DNA of 64,000 bases from the NCBI GenBank assembly GCA_965657165.1, contig CBFHNG010000002.1, positions 6,161 through 70,160 of the forward strand, written 5' to 3'. Below are positions 30,425-39,202 of the stretch, piece after piece. Numbering within the stretch: the stretch's first letter is position 1; every line of letters begins with the position of its first letter. This DNA comes from Flavobacteriaceae bacterium. GTDB taxonomy: Bacteria > Bacteroidota > Bacteroidia > Flavobacteriales > Flavobacteriaceae. The notes under the pieces are model-generated. The model did no database searches. It was not told the origin of the DNA and saw only the letters and a program-made list of their open reading frames with translations. The position numbers were made by a program, and so were the translations under genes.

Positions 30425-32338
30425 ATGTCTTCTTTTCATCTGAAAAATATATCCGATTACAATGCAGCCTATGAAGCCTCTGTAAAAAATCCAGAACAAT
30501 TTTGGGAAGCTATTGCAAAAAATAATTTCCGATGGAAAAAGTCTTGGAATCGAGTTTTTGAGTACGATTTTTCTGTACCAAAAATTAAATGGTTTGAAGG
30601 TGCTGAACTTAACATTACAGAGAACTGTATTGATCGTCATTTGGAAAATATCGCAGATAAAACCGCCATCATATTTGAACCAAACGATCCAAAATCTGAA
30701 GCTGAACATATTAGTTATAGAGCATTATATGGCCGTGTGAATAAATTTGCAAATGTTTTAAAATCAAACGGCGTACATAAAGGCGATAGGGTGTGTATTT
30801 ACTTGCCAATGATACCCGAATTGGCAGTCTCGGTTCTTGCTTGTGCTCGGATTGGTGCAATTCATTCTGTGGTTTTTGCAGGATTTTCATCTACTGCTTT
30901 GGCGACAAGGATTAATGATTGTGATTGTAAAATAGTCATCACTAGCGATGGAAGTTATCGCGGCGCAAAAACAATTGATTTAAAAGGAATAGTTGATGAA
31001 GCGTTAGAATCTTGTCCTAACGTAAATTCTGTTCTTGTTGCCAAGCGAATACATTCTAATATTAACATGAAAAAGGGAAGAGATGAATGGCTTCAACCGT
31101 TACTTAACGATGCCTCAGAATCGTGTGAAGCAACAGTTATGAATGCTGAAGACCCTCTTTTTATTCTTTACACATCTGGGTCTACCGGAAAGCCAAAAGG
31201 GATGGTGCATACCACCGCAGGGTATATGGTATATACCGCATACACCTTTAAAAATATATTCCAATATAAAGACGATGATGTATACTGGTGTACAGCTGAT
31301 ATTGGTTGGATTACAGGACATAGCTATATTGTATATGGACCTCTTTTAAATGGGGCTACAACAGTCATGTTTGAAGGGGTGCCTAGTTACCCAAATTATG
31401 GACGTTTTTGGGATATTGTTCAAAAACATAATATTAATCAATTTTACACAGCACCAACAGCCATTAGAGCATTAGCAAAACAAGGCGATGATTTTGTAAA
31501 TCCTTATGATTTATCATCCTTGAAAGTTATAGGCACTGTTGGAGAGCCCATAAATGATGAGGCATGGCAATGGTACAACACAATAATAGGTAAAAATAAT
31601 TGTCCAATCGTTGATACTTGGTGGCAAACTGAAACAGGAGGAATTCTTATCAGTCCTATTCCAAATTGCTTTTCAGGGAAACCTACTTATGCAACACTTC
31701 CGTTTGTGGGGATTCAACCTGCTTTGATGGATGAAAATGGTAATGAGATATCAAATACTAAAGCTGAAGGACGTTTGTGTATAAAATTTCCTTGGCCCTC
31801 TATTGCTCGAACCATTTGGGGCGATCATAAACGCTATAAAGACACCTATTTCTCTGCCTTTTCAAATTATTATTTTACAGGTGACGGGGCACTTAGAGAC
31901 GAAAACGGCCACTATCGTATCACCGGGCGTGTAGATGATGTTGTTATTGTTTCTGGTCACAACCTTGGCACAGCACCAATTGAAGATGCTGTAAACGAAC
32001 ACCAAAATATTGCAGAATCGGCAATAGTAGGATTTCCTCATGAAATAAAAGGGAATGCCTTATACGGCTTTGTGACACTAAAATCAGAAAGCTCTGAATC
32101 TGAAATTGAAGTCATAACCTCTGAAATTAATGCATTGATTTCAAAAAAAATTGGTCCAATTGCCAAACTTGATAAAATTCAAATAACAACCGGATTACCA
32201 AAAACAAGATCTGGAAAAATCATGAGACGTATTCTTAGAAAAATTGCACATAAAGACACGCGAAACCTCGGCGATATCAGTACATTACTCAATCCAGATG
32301 TTGTACAATCTATAATTGATAATTCTTTAAATAAATAA
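30425..32338 (+). CDS. acs: Acetate--CoA ligase
   Basis: LYTSGSTGKPKG, WCTADIGWITGHSY, VGEPIN, DTWWQTETGG, GRVDDV, LPKTRSGKIMRR. Confidence 0.97.
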   Translation: MSSFHLKNISDYNAAYEASVKNPEQFWEAIAKNNFRWKKSWNRVFEYDFSVPKIKWFEGAELNITENCIDRHLENIADKTAIIFEPNDPKSEAEHISYRALYGRVNKFANVLKSNGVHKGDRVCIYLPMIPELAVSVLACARIGAIHSVVFAGFSSTALATRINDCDCKIVITSDGSYRGAKTIDLKGIVDEALESCPNVNSVLVAKRIHSNINMKKGRDEWLQPLLNDASESCEATVMNAEDPLFILYTSGSTGKPKGMVHTTAGYMVYTAYTFKNIFQYKDDDVYWCTADIGWITGHSYIVYGPLLNGATTVMFEGVPSYPNYGRFWDIVQKHNINQFYTAPTAIRALAKQGDDFVNPYDLSSLKVIGTVGEPINDEAWQWYNTIIGKNNCPIVDTWWQTETGGILISPIPNCFSGKPTYATLPFVGIQPALMDENGNEISNTKAEGRLCIKFPWPSIARTIWGDHKRYKDTYFSAFSNYYFTGDGALRDENGHYRITGRVDDVVIVSGHNLGTAPIEDAVNEHQNIAESAIVGFPHEIKGNALYGFVTLKSESSESEIEVITSEINALISKKIGPIAKLDKIQITTGLPKTRSGKIMRRILRKIAHKDTRNLGDISTLLNPDVVQSIIDNSLNK

Positions 32339-32348
32339 CTATATCATT

Positions 32349-33392
32349 ATGAAAACAAAAGTACTATTATTCCTACTCCTAACTCTTTCTATAGTGGGTT
32401 GTGAATGTAAAAACAACGGTAAATGTAAATCTTCAACAGCATACAACGATAGTTCTGGAAAATCAGATCAGTACTTAGGAGGTGTTAAAATGATTCCCAT
32501 ACAAACTCCAAAAGGCGAGTTTAAGGTTTGGACCAAAAGAGTTGGTAATAACCCTACAATAAAAGTTTTATTGCTTCATGGTGGACCTGGTATGACTCAT
32601 GAAATTTACGAAAGTTTTGATGGTTACTTCCCAAACGCAGAAATTGAATATTACTATTATGATCAATTGGGATCATATTACAGCGATCAACCTAAAGATT
32701 TGTCCTTATGGGATTTAGACCGATTTGTTGAGGAGGTTGAACAAGTCCGTGTTGCTTTAGGATTAGACCGTTCTAATTTTTATTTATTTGGACAGTCATG
32801 GGGCGGTATTTTAGGAATGCAATATGCTTTAAAGTATCAACAACATTTAAAAGGATTAATCATTTCCAATATGGTACCATCCATTCCAGATTATATTGCA
32901 TATTCAGAAAATGTTCTTGCTCCGCAATTAAATCTAGACATTCTTGAAGAAATCATGATCTATGAAAATAAAGAAGATTATTCTAATCCACGATATATGG
33001 AACTTTTAATGAATAATTATTATACTGAACACATCATTAGAATGCCAGTATCTGAATGGCCCGAACCCCTAAATAGAAGCTTTAAACACATTAATCATGA
33101 TGTTTATGTTACTATGCAAGGGCCAAGCGAATTTGGTGTTAAAGGTGATGCAACTTTAAAATATTGGGATATTAAAGATGAATTGAAAAACATTAGTGTA
33201 CCAACATTAAGTATTGGTGCCACTCATGATACGATGGATCCAAAACAGATGGAGTTTATTGCCAATGAAGTTCAAAATGGACAATTTTTATTATGTCCAA
33301 ACGGAAGTCACTTAGCACAATTTGACGATCAAAAGATTTATTTTGAAGGTCTAATCAAATTCATTAAAGATGTAGATCAAGGAGAATTCTAA
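32349..33392 (+). CDS. Proline iminopeptidase-family (S33) alpha/beta hydrolase, lipoprotein
   Basis: LLHGGPG, YDQLGS, GQSWGG nucleophile elbow, C-terminal GSH. Signal peptide ends in IVGC. Confidence 0.88.
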   Translation: MKTKVLLFLLLTLSIVGCECKNNGKCKSSTAYNDSSGKSDQYLGGVKMIPIQTPKGEFKVWTKRVGNNPTIKVLLLHGGPGMTHEIYESFDGYFPNAEIEYYYYDQLGSYYSDQPKDLSLWDLDRFVEEVEQVRVALGLDRSNFYLFGQSWGGILGMQYALKYQQHLKGLIISNMVPSIPDYIAYSENVLAPQLNLDILEEIMIYENKEDYSNPRYMELLMNNYYTEHIIRMPVSEWPEPLNRSFKHINHDVYVTMQGPSEFGVKGDATLKYWDIKDELKNISVPTLSIGATHDTMDPKQMEFIANEVQNGQFLLCPNGSHLAQFDDQKIYFEGLIKFIKDVDQGEF

Positions 33393-33934
33393 TGGTTTAG
33401 AACTTTATCCATCACAAATTTGTAGTAAGACATATCCGCTGGCACAATTTTAAACTCTGAATGTTTTTGTTGCATGCAAATTTCCATTTCCTCAAAAGAA
33501 AAAAGACGAACATCATCAACTTCCTCTTTTTGAATTACTAAATCTTTAACACCGGTTTTAAGATCAGATAAAAAAACATGTTGAAATTCACAATCTTTGA
33601 TGCCATTTGAAAACTGGTTTATGTTTTTACGAACATCAATCAGAAGTAAATCATCGGATTTTAGTTGTAGACCTATTTCTTCTTTAATTTCACGTAATGC
33701 ACCATCCAAAATGGATTCACCAGAAGACACATGTCCCGCAACAGATACATCCCAAAGATTTGGAAATGTTTGTTTGTTAGAACCACGTTTTTGTAGTAGG
33801 AGAGAAGGAGTAGAGGTGTAAAACCAAATATGCACCGTAGGATGAAACAACCCTTTTTGGTGTGCCATGGATTTTTCACAAACTTGACCAGTTGGTTTTC
33901 CAGACTCATCCCAAATGTCTAAAAACTCTTTCAA
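33389..33934 (-). CDS. NUDIX hydrolase (IDI-like subfamily)
   Basis: Nudix box GHVSSGESILDGALREIKEEIG, plus LLQKR and AHQKGLFH. Confidence 0.9.
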   Translation of the reverse strand: MKEFLDIWDESGKPTGQVCEKSMAHQKGLFHPTVHIWFYTSTPSLLLQKRGSNKQTFPNLWDVSVAGHVSSGESILDGALREIKEEIGLQLKSDDLLLIDVRKNINQFSNGIKDCEFQHVFLSDLKTGVKDLVIQKEEVDDVRLFSFEEMEICMQQKHSEFKIVPADMSYYKFVMDKVLNH

Positions 33935-33936
33935 AT

Positions 33937-35025
33937 TTATTCAAAGTAACTAAATGTATCACCAGATTTAATGTTCAAAAGTGATTCATAAATCATACGA
34001 ATAACATTTTCTACATCGTTTCGATGAACCATTTCTACAGTTGTATGCATATAACGTAATGGTAATGAAATTAAGGCCGATGCAACGCCGCCGTTGCTGT
34101 AAGCGAAAGCATCAGTGTCAGTACCTGTAGCTCTTGAAAGTGCTGCACGCTGGAACGGAATTTTGTGTTTTTCTGCTGTCTCAACAATCAAATCACGTAA
34201 TTTCTGCTGCACCGCTGGAGCATAGGCAATAACTGGACCGTCACCCATTTTGCAATGACCTTGTTTCTTTTTATTGATCATCGGCGTAGTTGTATCGTGT
34301 GTAACATCAGTAACAATAGCCACATCGGGCTGAATAGTATGTGTAATCATCTGAGCTCCTCGAAGTCCAATTTCTTCTTGAACAGAGTTTGTGATATATA
34401 ATCCAAACGGTAATGTTTTTTTATTTTCATGAAGTAATCGAGCAACCTGTGCAATCATAAAACCACCCATTCTATTATCCAATGCACGACAAACAAAATG
34501 GTCTTTATTAAGAATATGAAATTCATCAGGATAGGTAATGACACAACCCACATGAACACCTAACTTTTCGACATCCTCTTTGGATTGACACCCAATATCA
34601 ATAAATATATTATCTGGTTTTGGAGCTTGTTCTTTGGCAAGTGTACGTGTATGAATGGCTGGCCATCCAAAAACTCCTTTCACAATGCCATTTTTGGTAT
34701 GAATATTTACCACTTTACTAGGTGCTATTTGATGATCGCTACCGCCATTACGAATGACATAAATAAGTCCATCATCAGAAATATAATTAACATACCACGA
34801 AATTTCATCAGCATGCCCTTCAATAACAACTTTAAACTCTGCTTCTGGATTGATAACACCAACAGCAGTTCCATAAGTGTCTGTTATAAAGGTATCTACA
34901 TAAGGTTTTAAATAATCCATCCATAACTTTTGTCCATTCCACTCATATCCAGTGGGTGATGCATTATTAAGGTATCTTTCTAAAAAATCGAGTGCTTTTT
35001 GGTCTAAAATTTGTTGCTTTGCCAT
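33937..35025 (-). CDS. M42 family metallo-aminopeptidase
   Basis: GHADEI, ALDNRMG, VQEEIGLRGA, TDVT, GTDTDA, PLRYMHT. Confidence 0.93.
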   Translation of the reverse strand: MAKQQILDQKALDFLERYLNNASPTGYEWNGQKLWMDYLKPYVDTFITDTYGTAVGVINPEAEFKVVIEGHADEISWYVNYISDDGLIYVIRNGGSDHQIAPSKVVNIHTKNGIVKGVFGWPAIHTRTLAKEQAPKPDNIFIDIGCQSKEDVEKLGVHVGCVITYPDEFHILNKDHFVCRALDNRMGGFMIAQVARLLHENKKTLPFGLYITNSVQEEIGLRGAQMITHTIQPDVAIVTDVTHDTTTPMINKKKQGHCKMGDGPVIAYAPAVQQKLRDLIVETAEKHKIPFQRAALSRATGTDTDAFAYSNGGVASALISLPLRYMHTTVEMVHRNDVENVIRMIYESLLNIKSGDTFSYFE

Positions 35026-35119
35026 GAAAAAAATTTTGGTCTAAAATAATAAATATCATTGACTAAAAGTATTTCATATGTGCATATTTTTTAAATTTGA
35101 AATCTATTATAAACTTCAT

Positions 35120-35794
35120 ATGAGATTCTTAACTTTTTTTTGTTTTTTTGGAATACTTTCCAGCTGGGGACAAGCTGAACCAAAAGAAACAGATTCCATT
35201 CCTAAGCAGTATCTTATAGTTGTTGGTGATACCATAACAAAACAATCTATTGATTTACAGGAGGTTGTAATTTTACCTCGTTTGCGTATAAATTCAGGGG
35301 ATGAGAGAAGGCGATATCTTATTTTACAGCGAAAAACCCTTAAAGTATACCCTTATGCAAAACTTGCGTCAGAAAGATTGCAAACCTTAAATGAACGCAT
35401 GGCCAATATTAAAAGTAAGAGTAAACGAAAAAAATATACCAGAAGGGTTCAAAAATTTGTTGAAGATGAATTTTCTGAAAAGCTAAAGAAATTTACAATT
35501 ACAGAGGGACAAATCCTTATCAAACTTATCCACCGTCAAACAGGAAGTACTGCTTTTGATTTAATAAAAGAATTGCGTAGTGGTTGGCGTGCATTTTGGT
35601 ATAATAATACAGCAAAATTATTCAATATGTCCTTAAAAATTCCTTTTAACCCTGAACTCATTGAAGAAGACTATTTAATTGAAGATATTTTACAACGTCA
35701 ATTTCAAAAAGGTAATTTAGAATACCAAAAATCACACAAAACATTCGATTTATACGCTTTAAACAAGCTTTGGAGGCAAAAAAAAGGCCAATAA
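35120..35794 (+). CDS. DUF4294 family exported protein
   Basis: Signal peptide, LQEVVI, KVYPYAK, EGQILIKLIHRQTG, ELRSGWRAFWY. ATG 35120 follows a TAAATTTG box (35092-35099). Confidence 0.8.
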   Translation: MRFLTFFCFFGILSSWGQAEPKETDSIPKQYLIVVGDTITKQSIDLQEVVILPRLRINSGDERRRYLILQRKTLKVYPYAKLASERLQTLNERMANIKSKSKRKKYTRRVQKFVEDEFSEKLKKFTITEGQILIKLIHRQTGSTAFDLIKELRSGWRAFWYNNTAKLFNMSLKIPFNPELIEEDYLIEDILQRQFQKGNLEYQKSHKTFDLYALNKLWRQKKGQ

Positions 35795-35820
35795 TTGGGC
35801 TATTTTTTGGTTAAATTTTC

Positions 35821-35870
35821 CCGAATATTACGTCAGATGGCCGTTTATTACGTCAAATGGCCGTTTGTTA
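35821..35870 (+). repeat. 2.5-copy 20-bp tandem direct repeat (candidate regulator binding site)
   Basis: ccgaatattacgtcagatgg / ccgtttattacgtcaaatgg / ccgtttgtta, ending about 33 bp upstream of a TAACTTTG -7 box. Confidence 0.8.
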
Positions 35871-35914
35871 CATGACGCTTTAAAATGTGGTATAAATGTG
35901 CTTAACTTTGTAGA

Positions 35915-36027
35915 GTAGAAAAAGGAAAGTAATGATTAATGTCCACTCTCACCCTTTTTTGCCTCATAAATACCTACACTAAGCTTCGCGGTCTTGATTC
36001 CCCAAATCTAGGCCGCAAGTTTTTTTT
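35915..36027 (+). ncRNA. Candidate ~110-nt small RNA / small-peptide transcript
   Basis: TAACTTTG at 35903-35910, an internal 16-codon ORF at 35932-35982, and a + strand terminator at 35983-36027. No downstream gene on this strand. Confidence 0.45.
35983..36027 (+). terminator. Intrinsic terminator, + strand
   Basis: Stem GCGGTCTtGATT / AATCtAGGCCGC with a CCCCA loop, followed by an 8-T run. Confidence 0.8.
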
Positions 36028-36706
36028 AGTACATTAATAAAGCAATAAGAACAGCAAAAACTATAGTTGCTATTTTGTTAATATTAAATTGATGCCCTTC
36101 ATCAGCTTCAAATAAAATAATGGTGGCAATGTGAAAAAACATTCCAACGACCAAAGCATTAATGCTGTAAAACAACTTATTTGATAATACGATTATCTCC
36201 GAAACCAACGTACCAAAAGGGGTAAGAAGTGCAAAAGCAATAAGAAACAAAAAAACTTTTGTCTTTGAAATACTAGACGTTAACAGGTACGATGCAATAA
36301 GAATTGCTACTGGTATTTTATGAATAAACACTCCGTAAACAATAGTTTCGTGGGCAGATATAGGAAATCCTTCCAAAAAGGAATGTATCCCTAAACTTAA
36401 AAACAAAAGCCAAGGAAACCTGTGTTCTGATCCTCCATGATGATGTAAATGTCCGTGTTCTGCACCTTTAGAAAAAAATTCTAAGATAATTTGTAAAACA
36501 ATACCCGAAAGAATAAAAACTCCAGTATATTTTGCATTTAAATTGTCATAGACATCTGGTAAAAGCTCAAAAACTGTTGTAGATAATAGAAATGCTCCAC
36601 TAAATGTAAGTAGTAATTTTAAGTTAAATGTTTTTGATTCTAAAAACCAAACGGCAAAAATTAAACCAATAACAACGGATAAAACTGGAAGTACAAAATC
36701 AACCAT
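36026..36706 (-). CDS. ZIP family metal (Zn) transporter
   Basis: FSGAFLL, His-rich loop EHGHLHHHGGSEH, HSFLEG, HKIP, multiple TM segments. Confidence 0.9.
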   Translation of the reverse strand: MVDFVLPVLSVVIGLIFAVWFLESKTFNLKLLLTFSGAFLLSTTVFELLPDVYDNLNAKYTGVFILSGIVLQIILEFFSKGAEHGHLHHHGGSEHRFPWLLFLSLGIHSFLEGFPISAHETIVYGVFIHKIPVAILIASYLLTSSISKTKVFLFLIAFALLTPFGTLVSEIIVLSNKLFYSINALVVGMFFHIATIILFEADEGHQFNINKIATIVFAVLIALLMY

Positions 36707-37436
36707 TATTTTTAAAAATTAAAATTAAACGATCTGACGTTTGGACATCATATGGTTCTAGATTGTAATTTCCAAAACTCTTTACAAATCTAAGGTTCGC
36801 TTTCGAAATCATATCAAGAAAATCTTCTTGATTAAACGCTCGAACACGTTCTTCATATTTTGAAGCTATATCTTCATCTGTTACAGTTATTGTCTTTGTA
36901 ATTATTCCGTCTTTAAAATTACGCCTTATATCAAATTGAATACCATCAATTTCAATATTATTTTGTGACACCAAATGATTTATAACGTAATTACTGTTCA
37001 TAAAATCAATTACACCAATGCCATCTTTTTTTAGACTATTTTTAATGGTGTTTAGAACTTTGAAATTATCATCAATGGAATCAAAATAACCAAAACTTGT
37101 AAACATATTTAGTATAATATCAAATTTGCTTTCAAGCGGTAAGCGCATATCATGAATCATAAATTCCAAACGTTCATTTTTGTTTTTGGAAGCTTCCAAA
37201 ATACTTTGTGTCGATAGGTCAACCCCAGTCACATCAAAACCAAGTGAATTTAAAAATAAGGAATGACGACCCTTACCACAAGCCAAATCCAAAATGGTTT
37301 GATTTTTATTGATATTTAGGTAAGCAATAAGGTTTTTCATAAACCTTTCAGCTTCTTTGTGGTTACGGTGTTTGTAAAGAATGTGGTAGTATGGTGTATT
37401 AAACCATGACTGAAACCAATTTTGATCTTTTGTCAT
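36699..37436 (-). CDS. Class I SAM-dependent methyltransferase
   Basis: ILDLACGKGRH, GVDLS, HDMR, NMFTSFGYF. Confidence 0.92.
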   Translation of the reverse strand: MTKDQNWFQSWFNTPYYHILYKHRNHKEAERFMKNLIAYLNINKNQTILDLACGKGRHSLFLNSLGFDVTGVDLSTQSILEASKNKNERLEFMIHDMRLPLESKFDIILNMFTSFGYFDSIDDNFKVLNTIKNSLKKDGIGVIDFMNSNYVINHLVSQNNIEIDGIQFDIRRNFKDGIITKTITVTDEDIASKYEERVRAFNQEDFLDMISKANLRFVKSFGNYNLEPYDVQTSDRLILIFKNNG

Positions 37437-37496
37437 TTATTTCATGCTAACACCGACAAAAATACTGTATTTTTGGCATCTATTACAATAAACCTC

Positions 37497-38663
37497 ATGA
37501 ATACTGACTTTGAAATGGTTGCCAAAACACTTTATGGTTTTGAGGAACTTTTGGAAAACGAATTGAAGCAACTTGGTGCAAAACACATCAAAAAGGGAGT
37601 GCGTCATGTTCGATTTGTAGGCGATAAAGGATTTATGTATAAATGTAATTTGGGACTACGTACTGCCATAAAAATCTTAAAACCCATAACAAAATTTAAG
37701 GTAAAGAATGAAACAGATCTTTACCAAAAAATTAAAACTATACGTTGGGAAAATTACCTTAAAAAAGATGGTAGTTTGGCTGTTGGTGCCACGCTTAGTG
37801 GTGATCGATTTACACATTCTCAATATATTGCTTTAAAAACAAAAGATGCAATTGTAGATCGTTTTAGAGATCAAACCGGACAACGCCCAAATGTAGATTT
37901 ACGCTTCCCAGATTTAAAAATTAATATTCATATTGATGGTGATTTTTGTAATGTTTCGCTGGATAGTTCTGGTGAATCACTTCACAAAAGAGGGTATAAA
38001 ATAGCAACAAATATTGCACCCATTAACGAAGTATTGGCTGCAGGACTCATTATGCTCTCTGGATGGGATGGACAAAGCGATTTTATGGACCCAATGTGTG
38101 GTTCAGGGACGCTTTTGATAGAAGCAGCAATGATTGCTTGTAATATTCCTCCAAATCTGATGCGTAATGAATTTGCATTTGAACGTTGGGAAGATTGGGA
38201 TGTTGATTTATTTGAGAAAATTGAAGAATCTTTATTATCAAAAACTCGTGATTTTCATCATAAAATTTTAGGATTTGATAAATCTCCAAGCGCAGTAAGA
38301 AAAGCCATTGAAAATGTGAAAAATGCACATCTTGATGAGTTTATTGTCATAAAACACGAAGATTTCTTTAAAACTCAAAAAGGAGGAGAGGCACCCCTTC
38401 ATGTTGTTTTTAATCCACCCTACGGAGAACGTTTAAATCTTGAAATGGAAACCTTCTACAGCAACATTGGAAGTACTTTGAAACACAAATACTCTGGAAC
38501 CAATGCATGGCTAATAACTTCAAACTTAGAGGCATTAAAACATGTGGGATTACGACCATCAAGAAAAATCAAAGTTTTTAATGCAAAACTTGAATCTCGA
38601 TTGGTACTTTACAAAATGTATAGTGGAACGAAAAAAATTCACAAACAAAAATTAAATAATTAG
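37497..38663 (+). CDS. THUMP-domain RNA methyltransferase (RlmL/RlmK N-terminal type)
   Basis: LDSSGESLHKRGY, APINEVLAAG, DPMCGSGT, FNPPYGER. ATG 37497 follows a TATTTTTG box (37468-37475). Confidence 0.9.
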   Translation: MNTDFEMVAKTLYGFEELLENELKQLGAKHIKKGVRHVRFVGDKGFMYKCNLGLRTAIKILKPITKFKVKNETDLYQKIKTIRWENYLKKDGSLAVGATLSGDRFTHSQYIALKTKDAIVDRFRDQTGQRPNVDLRFPDLKINIHIDGDFCNVSLDSSGESLHKRGYKIATNIAPINEVLAAGLIMLSGWDGQSDFMDPMCGSGTLLIEAAMIACNIPPNLMRNEFAFERWEDWDVDLFEKIEESLLSKTRDFHHKILGFDKSPSAVRKAIENVKNAHLDEFIVIKHEDFFKTQKGGEAPLHVVFNPPYGERLNLEMETFYSNIGSTLKHKYSGTNAWLITSNLEALKHVGLRPSRKIKVFNAKLESRLVLYKMYSGTKKIHKQKLNN

Positions 38664-38667
38664 AGTT

Positions 38668-39096
38668 TCATCTAAGTACGCCTTGTTGCAATTTTTGTTT
38701 TGAAAAATAAATCAGAAATAGTGCAACTATAAAAGATATAACTGGAATAATCATTTGTGATCCTGACATTTCAATGTAATTCTGAATGAAAAAATTATAA
38801 ACGAGTTGTGTCACTAATGCTAAGAAAGAAATAACAAAAAGAAAATAAGCCCATTTTTTTCTAATCACAAGTCCAATTGAAGCAAAAAAACCTCCAAATA
38901 CAGCCACCGCAAAAGCAGCTGTAACCCAAGCAGGGACATTAGAAAAATAAAGTTGATTTTCTTCTGGTAACATTTTTAGAGCGTCGTCGCTCATATAGGC
39001 CTGACCTAGATATGCAATAACACCCATGAAATTCCAAAGAAGAGCAACAATGGAAATTAGCCAATAAAGTGGGGTAGGTATTTTAATTGTGTTCAT
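38668..39096 (-). CDS. Four-TM hypothetical membrane protein
   Basis: ALLWNFMGV, PAWVTAAFAVAVFGG, RKKWA and hydrophobic segments. Start taken at ATG 39096. Confidence 0.75.
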   Translation of the reverse strand: MNTIKIPTPLYWLISIVALLWNFMGVIAYLGQAYMSDDALKMLPEENQLYFSNVPAWVTAAFAVAVFGGFFASIGLVIRKKWAYFLFVISFLALVTQLVYNFFIQNYIEMSGSQMIIPVISFIVALFLIYFSKQKLQQGVLR

Positions 39097-39202
39097 TTTA
39101 ATTTTTTTTGAGATTGTCCATAAATTTAATAAATTTTTAATAAACACAAAAAATCACATTTAAATTATTTGATAACTCAAAAAAGGGATTATTTTTGCAA
39201 AG

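Noticed and set aside
33389-33934. Isopentenyl-diphosphate isomerase (idi)
   Set aside because: The catalytic Cys of type 1 IDI is absent (WDVSVAGH) and the Nudix box is intact, so it is kept as a generic NUDIX hydrolase.
35821-35880. Possible mini-CRISPR array
   Set aside because: The repeats are 20 bp and directly tandem with no unique spacers, there are only ~2.5 copies, and no cas genes are present.
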